Below are positions 27,257-34,700 of a stretch of DNA of 64,000 nt, piece by piece. Within the stretch, counting starts at the first letter, position 1; each line of letters begins with the position of its first letter. The stretch is from a virus. The position numbers and the translations under genes are program-made. The notes below the pieces were generated by a model that was not told the origin of the DNA, made no database searches, and saw only the letters and a program-made list of their open reading frames with translations. Location: positions 27,635-91,634 of the IMG/VR virus record IMGVR_UViG_3300017963_000225; one strand, written 5' to 3'.

Positions 27257-28855
27257 TCAGGCTGGTCGATCAAGAAGAGGCTTCTTGATTTCGGTGCCGC
27301 CGACGTTGAGCCAAACCACGTTCACCCACGGACGCGGCACTTGCGGTGCCAGAACATGAGCGAACAGCTTGTTGGTATGCAGCCAACCAAGCTTGGCAAG
27401 GTCGAACTCGAAGAGGCCGGTGAGCTGGGCGAGCGCGACCGACGAGCGACCAACGGTGTACTCGTTGGTTGCCGAGGTCGGGACGCCGCCATCATCAATC
27501 GCTTGCGCGTTCGGCGAGTGGACATCAGATCCCCAAGCCCACGTCGTTCCCGGAATGTAGTCATCGCGATCGATGACGACGACCGGAGTCGTGTTGCCTG
27601 GAGCAATGCCGTTCGGGACCTCAAAAATGAAGACGGGATCGCGCAGGACCGGCTCCATAAAGGTGTCCGGCTGTGCAGGATCAGCAACGTATCCGCGATA
27701 GATGCGGAACGACTGCTCATCACCACGCGGGGTGATCGTGAACTCGATCGTCTTCCCTGCCTGCGCGTTGACGGCAGCGGACAGGTTGGAGGCGACCGAT
27801 TCGCCGACTTCATTGACGGCGGTCATGTAATAGACCATGCCGGTCAAGCGCTCGCCAGAAGAGGCGAACTTGCCGGTGCCGGCGACGTTGACGGCCGGTT
27901 GAGTGACCGAGCCGGCGCCAGCGCCGCCAAAGGTGAATGCCGACGGTGCGCCCGGAATGGCGACCGTGTTCGGACCGCCCGTCCGCACGAGAGACGACAG
28001 AGCGTTCTCACGGCGGAAATAGACGATGTTTCCGTTGACCTTCACGCCATCGACCGATTGGCCGATGATGAGGCCCTTGGTATTCGCCGCCGCAATGTTG
28101 CCCATCAGCGTGAAGCGCGCTGCGGGATCGAGGTTGGCCTCGATGTTCTCGGTCACTTCAGGAGCGCAATAGATGCGCTTCAGAACGCCGTGGCGCTTGT
28201 TGAAGGCGGTCGCCTGCGAGCGAATGCCCTTGGTGCCGTCCATCAGAAGCGGCTTGCCGCGCATGTCGATGAAAATGTCCGTGTTCGCAAATGGCACGGT
28301 GGCCAGCGGCGAGCGCGTCAATTCGTCGATGAGCTGCCAAACGCCTTTGAAGATGTTCGGGTCGGTCGAGAAGCGAGTGTCCGACTGGAAAAGCTCGACG
28401 TTGAGCTGGTACATCATGAGCAGGCGAACGACGAGATCGTTCGATGCCGCGATGTCCGGCTGTCCGAGCAGCTTCACCGTGTTTTGCAGCACGGTGAGGC
28501 CCTGGACGGCCGTCGTCTTGCCGTAGAGCTTGAGCTGGACTTGCTTCTTGGTTCCCTCGATGTTCGCCGAAGGCGGCAGCGAGTTTGGCGCGAACGCCAG
28601 CTTCGTCTTGTGGTTGCCGTAGCGATCAACCTGAGTGAACTCGTGGTTGACCTGCTGCGCTTGCTGCTTCGGAAGATCCTTGAGCAGCGTCATTTCTTGC
28701 CGGTCAGTCTCGGAATAAAGCTGGAGGTACGCTTCGTCCTCCAGGTCTTCCTTCATGAACGGCTGGATGCTGGTGCCGGTCGCCGAATCGACCGACAGTG
28801 CTTTACGCACGAGGTCGAGAATCTGCGCGTCGGCCATGTTTGAAGAATTCAACAT
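27257..28855 (-). CDS. Major capsid protein (532 aa; probably cleaved at K18/A19)
   Basis: Start reassigned to ATG 28855 (AGGAGG SD). 'RKAL...EDLE...LLKDLPK...VNHEF...YG' is SPO1/Twort-like; follows protease and scaffold. Confidence 0.92.
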   Translation of the reverse strand: MLNSSNMADAQILDLVRKALSVDSATGTSIQPFMKEDLEDEAYLQLYSETDRQEMTLLKDLPKQQAQQVNHEFTQVDRYGNHKTKLAFAPNSLPPSANIEGTKKQVQLKLYGKTTAVQGLTVLQNTVKLLGQPDIAASNDLVVRLLMMYQLNVELFQSDTRFSTDPNIFKGVWQLIDELTRSPLATVPFANTDIFIDMRGKPLLMDGTKGIRSQATAFNKRHGVLKRIYCAPEVTENIEANLDPAARFTLMGNIAAANTKGLIIGQSVDGVKVNGNIVYFRRENALSSLVRTGGPNTVAIPGAPSAFTFGGAGAGSVTQPAVNVAGTGKFASSGERLTGMVYYMTAVNEVGESVASNLSAAVNAQAGKTIEFTITPRGDEQSFRIYRGYVADPAQPDTFMEPVLRDPVFIFEVPNGIAPGNTTPVVVIDRDDYIPGTTWAWGSDVHSPNAQAIDDGGVPTSATNEYTVGRSSVALAQLTGLFEFDLAKLGWLHTNKLFAHVLAPQVPRPWVNVVWLNVGGTEIKKPLLDRPA

Positions 28856-28869
28856 CGTAACCTTCCTCC

Positions 28870-29811
28870 TTACGCCATGGCTTTCGCGAGGACCGTTGCG
28901 TCGCCAGCACGGCCACGCTTCCACTCCTCGTGAGTGATTTTTCCTTCTGCCTTCGCCTTCATGAGTGCATTGCGCTGATCGCCAGTCACAATGCGCCCGA
29001 GTGCATCAGGCTGAGCAGAAACCTGGACTTGATCTTGCGACACCGCAGCGATTGCGGGCGCCATGCCGGCAACCTTCGGCATGCCAGGAAGTTGAGAAAT
29101 CGACTTCATCAGAGAGGTGTGCTCTCCGAGCGACTTCTCAAGGCGGTTTTGCTTCTCGATGACCGCCGTCAGCCCCTTTTGCAGGGAAATCAGCAGACGA
29201 TCGCGACGAGGATCGGCCAGCTCCGCGAGCAGCTCGCCGAAGGTGGCAACGCCAGAACGAAGCTCTCTGACGGACTTGCCGAGGTATTCCACGGCATCGC
29301 CCATGCCTTCGAGGAATTCGGTGGCATCGACGCCACCTTCGTCCGCATCGTCGTCATCGACGACCTGCTCGCTTTTCTTCATCTTCTTCTTGCCCTTGGA
29401 CTTGCCACGGCTGAAGAAGGCCGGCATGCCATCATCATCATCATCGTCGTCGTCGTCATCGGCGTCATCGTCGCCCTTATTGACGATTTTCGAGGAGTCC
29501 TGATAGCCCTGTCCCGACTTCTTCGGGCTCTTGGCCGGGTCGTCCTCGGTGGCAATCACCTGGGAGCCGCTTCGTCCTTTGGCATCCAAGGTGTTGTCAC
29601 TGCGCGGAGCGCCGTTGGCCTTGAAAAGAGCGCCGAGGCCCTCTTTCACGCCATCAACGATCGACTTGCGGATCAGGTCGGGAGTGACTTGCGCTCCAGC
29701 CTGATTTGCGTCCTGGCCGCCTTCGCCGCCAGTGTCACCTGCGGACTGATCCGCCGCAACTGCGGCGTCCATGTCCCGAATGGCTTTTTCAAGCAGATCC
29801 TCGTGGTCCAT
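28870..29811 (-). CDS. Capsid scaffolding protein
   Basis: Acidic, poly-Asp, coiled-coil; about 10 hydrophobic-x-K-[ASG] sites; between protease and capsid. Confidence 0.8.
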   Translation of the reverse strand: MDHEDLLEKAIRDMDAAVAADQSAGDTGGEGGQDANQAGAQVTPDLIRKSIVDGVKEGLGALFKANGAPRSDNTLDAKGRSGSQVIATEDDPAKSPKKSGQGYQDSSKIVNKGDDDADDDDDDDDDDGMPAFFSRGKSKGKKKMKKSEQVVDDDDADEGGVDATEFLEGMGDAVEYLGKSVRELRSGVATFGELLAELADPRRDRLLISLQKGLTAVIEKQNRLEKSLGEHTSLMKSISQLPGMPKVAGMAPAIAAVSQDQVQVSAQPDALGRIVTGDQRNALMKAKAEGKITHEEWKRGRAGDATVLAKAMA

Positions 29812-29844
29812 TTCTATAACCTCCTTGGGATATGGACGCTTATA

Positions 29845-30573
29845 TCAGCCAAACTTGGAAGCGAGGTAATTTTGTACCCGCAACCGAGCTTGGTCATGAT
29901 TGTCTCCGTACTTACTCATCGCGTGCTCGACAAGCCCGTCCTCAAGGCTTGTCGATGTCACCGAAGCGAGTGGCGAGAAGGCTTTCTCGTAAAACTCATC
30001 GCGACAAAGAACTGGCATCTGTTTCATGAGGGATTTGGCGAGAACTGACACGGTGCAATTTGGATTTACGGGCCGGAAGGTAAGAGCGATGTTGTAAACG
30101 ACGGCCTTTTGAACGTAGCGCCCGCATGGACTACGCTCCATGACCTTTCCCTCGATGGACTGACACAATCCGCGATTCGTCCCTGCTTTTCTGAGCTGGG
30201 TGTGCTGCTGAATCACCATGTCTGTCGAGTAGCCTTCCCAGATCGGGAGGCCCTTGATGATTCGGCCTTCACTAAACCACTTGCCATCCTGAAACCAAGC
30301 CTTCTTTCCCCACGGAACACCAACGGTGGCGTGTGGAATATGGTTCCAGTTGAAATCGCCGTGCTCCATAAACGGCGAGAAGTCCAACCCCTTCTGGAGT
30401 ATGACCTCTTTGTCCCGGTCTTTGTCTGGCGTCGAAGCAATACCCGTAAACGGATAGTATTTCGTGTCGCCTTGCTTTTGTTCGGACTTCAACATGAGCC
30501 CGTCGGGACAGAACGCAATGAAGGTCCCGTCACTCCTAACGTAAAGCCCATTGTCTTCGCCAACGTCGAACAT
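29845..30573 (-). CDS. Prohead protease
   Basis: 'GIASTPDKDRDKEVILQKGLDFS...FNWNH...SIEG...IALTFRPVNPN' (HK97-like protease His and Ser motifs). Confidence 0.92.
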   Translation of the reverse strand: MFDVGEDNGLYVRSDGTFIAFCPDGLMLKSEQKQGDTKYYPFTGIASTPDKDRDKEVILQKGLDFSPFMEHGDFNWNHIPHATVGVPWGKKAWFQDGKWFSEGRIIKGLPIWEGYSTDMVIQQHTQLRKAGTNRGLCQSIEGKVMERSPCGRYVQKAVVYNIALTFRPVNPNCTVSVLAKSLMKQMPVLCRDEFYEKAFSPLASVTSTSLEDGLVEHAMSKYGDNHDQARLRVQNYLASKFG

Positions 30574-30601
30574 TCAGTACCTACCTCTTGACCGGGACGA
30601 G

Positions 30602-30622
30602 CGATGCTTGATTCTAGCATCG
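30602..30622 (-). promoter_or_regulatory. Extended -10 promoter (TGcTAGAAT) for the head operon, inside an inverted repeat
   Basis: Minus strand CGATGCT-AGAATCA-AGCATCG just downstream of a terminator and ~40 nt upstream of the protease start. Confidence 0.55.
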
Positions 30623-30645
30623 AAATGCTCAAATAAATCCAAGCA

Positions 30646-30685
30646 TAAAAAAAGAAATGCCCCCGAATTCATAATTCGAGGGCAC
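30646..30685 (-). terminator. Intrinsic terminator ending the cargo block
   Basis: Minus strand GTGCCCTCGAATT-ATG-AATTCGGGGGCAT followed by TTCTTTTTTT. Confidence 0.85.
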
Positions 30686-30750
30686 TGGAGCAGAAAACTT
30701 ATCCGCTTTCTTTAGAGCAATTTAGCCTTACCAAACCATCGGCGGCGTTG

Positions 30751-30987
30751 TCAAGCCCCGTGATATCGCGCAAGCATCTCGAAGTTTTTTTTGATTTGCT
30801 TTAATCGACTGTTTTGAAGCCACGAGGGCTGGTTAAGCGTCCCGCCTTCAGAGAAATACTGGTTCCAACTCTCCAGAGTGATGTCGGCCACGCTCATCGG
30901 CCCCCGGTAGCCGACACTGATGGATTTGAGCAGTGAGCTTGGTGTGGGAAACTTGATCTTGAAGCGCATAGACAAGGCCCTCCTCAT
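30751..30987 (-). CDS. Small putative cargo protein
   Basis: ATGA-coupled; 'MRFKIK...LLKS'. Confidence 0.55.
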   Translation of the reverse strand: MRRALSMRFKIKFPTPSSLLKSISVGYRGPMSVADITLESWNQYFSEGGTLNQPSWLQNSRLKQIKKNFEMLARYHGA

Positions 30988-31799
30988 TCGTCGTAGTCGA
31001 TGGACGGTGGCTTTTTGTGAACGCGCATAGCATTTCGCATGTAGGACTCGACGCCAGCCATGTTGACCTCGCCATCGTTTTTAAGCGCCATGCGCCGCAC
31101 GCAATAGTCAAACCACTTGGGGTGGTCACGGAAAAACGGCCGCGTGTGAGCCATCGATAGAGCTTTCCTGAGCGGCACCGTTGCGCCCTGCTTCTGCTCC
31201 ATCATGGTGCGGAATGCCTGATTGAAGCGGTCTAGCGCCTCATGCTCCATGCCGGACGGGCCGTGCTCATAAGCCTTCTCAATGATCGCTCGGCAAAGGC
31301 CCTTAAAGCCAGTGCGCGGCACTTCATGCAACCTCTCGACATTGCCGAGGATTTTGCGACAAGCGTAAAGCAGGTGAGCGATGGGTTTTTTGGCGCGGCG
31401 AAACTGCTCGCCCACCCAAGCATCGCGATCGGTTTGCGACAGCCCCTTCGTCTCATTCCTGAGACGAGCCGCCCAAACCTCTCCAGCCTCGTGTTCCTTC
31501 TTGACCTTCTCCCACTTGCCCTTGCCGCGCTTGATATAAGTGCCGTCGGCGCGCTTTCTGACCGTGCCGACCGGCAGCGCCCTGGCCTTCTCGATCAGGT
31601 CGAGCTTCGAGTAGTAGTCAGGGTCCTCGGCAAGATGGTCCATGGCGATTTCGCGCGCCAACGCCCGATCCTTCGTGTGCTCCAGCTCGTGCTTGGTCCC
31701 TCGCGCAAGCTGGCCAGCGTCAAAGTCGCTCGGCTTACGCTTGTCGGCCTTGCCGCCTGGCAGGCGATCTTTATAGCCGGCCTTGAGTAAAAACCGCAT
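30984..31799 (-). CDS. Putative head-cargo protein (DUF5661-like domain plus PVGT module)
   Basis: MRFLLKA tag; 'GTKHELEHT...AREIAMDHLAEDPDYYSKL'; then 'IEKARALPVGTVRKRADGTYIK..GKW'. Confidence 0.75.
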   Translation of the reverse strand: MRFLLKAGYKDRLPGGKADKRKPSDFDAGQLARGTKHELEHTKDRALAREIAMDHLAEDPDYYSKLDLIEKARALPVGTVRKRADGTYIKRGKGKWEKVKKEHEAGEVWAARLRNETKGLSQTDRDAWVGEQFRRAKKPIAHLLYACRKILGNVERLHEVPRTGFKGLCRAIIEKAYEHGPSGMEHEALDRFNQAFRTMMEQKQGATVPLRKALSMAHTRPFFRDHPKWFDYCVRRMALKNDGEVNMAGVESYMRNAMRVHKKPPSIDYDE

Positions 31800-34700
31800 T
31801 CAGTCCTCCTCGTCCAGGCCGAGCGCCTTCTTGAGTTTTTTTCCGCCAACCGCTGTCTCAATAAAGACAAGCTCGTCCATTGCGCGAGTGTAGGCGACGT
31901 ACATAAGATTCTTCTCTTGCACTATCTCCCACGGCTTCTTTGCCATGCTAGACGGCATCAGGTGGTGGTTGAGGATAAACACACGCGGCGCCTCAAGCCC
32001 CTTGGCCTTATGCACCGAGGACAGGCGCAAAATGCTATCGCGTTTCTTGCCTTCGTCATCCTTGAACATCGATTCGATTTCACGCACGAGCCCGTCAACG
32101 TCCTTGGCCTGACTTTCCGCCATGAACACCGAAAGGGTTTCAAACTTGTCCTCAATCGCCGTTGTGTCGGCGTCGGGATCTTTGAGTTTGAGCTTGTTGA
32201 TTTCCCGCTTACTCCACTCGACCAGCTTACCTCCGAGGTCGTCGAGGCTCTTTGGCTTGAGCTTCTTAATGAGTGAGGTCATGCCCAAACCGATGTCACG
32301 CCCCATCACCTTGCACGGCACGCGCTCGCGCAGCAGCTTGTAGGCCATGCTGACCAGCGGCGCGTTGTTGCGGCAGACAATCATATCGGTCTGCTTGAAG
32401 TCCTCGATCTTGAACTTGGTGCCGAGGTCTTTGATCTCGCCTGGCTGAGCATCGGGACGCGGCTTGATGCCTGGAACGATTGTCTGAGCCAGCTCGATGA
32501 TTTTCTTGCCGCAGCGGTAGGAAATCGGCAGCTCGAACACCTTAGCGTTGAACTGCTTGCGGATCAGGTCGAGGCTCTCGGGGTTGGCACCACGGAAGCC
32601 GTAAATGGCCTGATGCGGGTCGCCGACCGCCACGACGCGCGTTTTGGTGTCGGTCGAACGCCGGATCGCCTCGCGCTGAATGTCGGACACGTCCTGCGCC
32701 TCGTCAACGAACAGAAAGTCGTACTTGGCCCAAGGCGTGTTGTAGATGATCGGCATATAGAACTGGTCGTCGAAGTCGATCACGTCCTTTTGCATAATGG
32801 ACTTCTCAAGCGCCAGGCGCGACAGGCGGATAGCATGCTCGACCGTCTGCGGGTAGTCGATTTCAATCGAGAAGTGCTCGATGAGATTTTCCCACTGCTC
32901 CCTGGTGTCGGGCACGAGCCCCTTGATGCCGTGTGCGGCAAGCGAGGCTGGCGCCAGGCCCATCTGCTTGGCCTTGGATACCATGCTTTTCACCGTCCCG
33001 AAGTATGTCTTGTCCTCGGGACCTTGCAGCATGTCGCGTAGGATAGCGCTGGTCTTGGTGCCCTTCTCGACCTTGACCCGGTTGTAGCCGCCCATGAAAC
33101 GCGCCCATGAGGCAAAGCCAAGCGCGTTGAGTGTCCGCACCGCCTTCTGATCGACAGCCCACTGCGGGACACGGCCGAGCAGCTCGTCGCGAGCCGAGGT
33201 GTTGAAGGCCAGGAAGATGATCGACTTGTCGCGTGGGATAACGTCGAGCGCCCGCACGATCGTGGCCGTCTTACCAGATCCGGCCTTAGCATCAATCATC
33301 GCGTTGCCGCTGCCCTTCTCGATCCAATCGAAAATCGCCTGCTGATATGGCGACGGCTTGAACGGTTTTTTTGGCTCATGTCCCGGAGCGTCTTTGGGCT
33401 CAGGATCGACCGGAACCTTGGGCTCGGGTTCTTGAGATGGCGGCGGCAAAACAACGGCGGGTTGCATGGTGGGAGCCTCCTGCTTAGGCGGCTCCTTCTT
33501 CGGAGCCGGTGGTTTTTCTGCGGGTTGTTTTACCGTGCCGGCCTCCTGTTGTCTACGCTTGGCCTTGGCCTTCAAAGCTTGCGTAACGAGGTCGTCAGGT
33601 TGTTTCTTCTTATCAAGCCTCTTGTCATCCCAAGCGACAGCTTCCTCGAACGTGACCTCGCGGCCGGCTTGTTTCATAAGCTTGGCCAGGTGACGCTTGG
33701 CCATCGCGATATTTTGCTGCTCCTCGCGCGGCGACGCCTCGCCGTCTCGTGACGTGCGCTCGGGCTCCAGCTCCAGGTGAGCGTGCCAAATTTTCTCCAT
33801 CAGCTCATCGCTGATCTCTTCCTTCTTTGACTTAGCCTTTTTTGGCTCAGCCTTCTTCTTCGGCTCGGGCTTGGCGGTGGCCTCGACGCGCTTCTTACCC
33901 TGCTCGTGCAGCAGGTCGTGGTAGCGCATCACCGTTTCATGGATCTTGCCGGCGGTCTTTTCCCAGCCGCTGTTCTTCCAGTCGTCGTCGCCGAACATTT
34001 CCGAAAAATACTCATGGTGATCGTCGGGGGAGGTCGAGTGCGGGTGAATGTCTTTCTTGTGAAGGTGATTGGCCCAATGCTTGACACCGGCTGTGAACTC
34101 TTTCTTGATCGCAGCGTAGTCCTTGCGTTTCTTGTAGCCACCGGCCTCAAGCGTCTTCTCGGCAAGGCGCGGCAGGTGCTCTTTCTGCCACTTGTGGTCG
34201 TCCACCTTGACGTAGGTGCCGTCTGCCCACTTGCGGCGGGTGCCGACCGGCGCCTTCCTGGCCTTGAAGAAAAACCGCACGAGCCCGCCTCGCGGCTCGA
34301 TAGCTGGCGGATCGACAAGCTTGATGCCGATCCGTGCGACGACAGCCTTCCTGATCTTGTCGTGCTTCAAAATGTACTCCATCAGCTCCGCGATGCGTTC
34401 TTTGTACTTCCAATCGGGAGCGTCCGCGTGTTTGGGGTCGTCCTTGGTGTAATAAAGCGCATGCGGCACGAAGTTGTCGATGTAGCTCTTGTCGATCTTG
34501 CCAGCGGCAATCAACTCCTCGGCCTTCACCAAGCCATACACCTCAAAGGCTCGCGCAAATACCTCGGTCGGCTTGTTCAAGTAAGCACTGAACGACTGTC
34601 CCATCATTTTGCCTTTGTGCGACCACTGGTAGTAGGGCGTCGAGCGCACTAGCTCCAGCATCTCTTTGTACTTGGCCTTCAGCTCAGGATCGCTGGCAAT

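Noticed and set aside
27341-28843. 500-aa plus-strand ORF, and similar long plus-strand ORFs at 14203-15024, 28930-30048, 34734-35852, 38422-39423, 40159-41379 and 42353-43255
   Set aside because: Antisense shadows of well-supported minus-strand genes, expected with GC-rich codon bias; no recognisable motifs.
28856-28924. 23-aa N-terminal extension of the capsid ORF in the track
   Set aside because: Overlaps the scaffold gene; the strong SD sits before ATG 28855.
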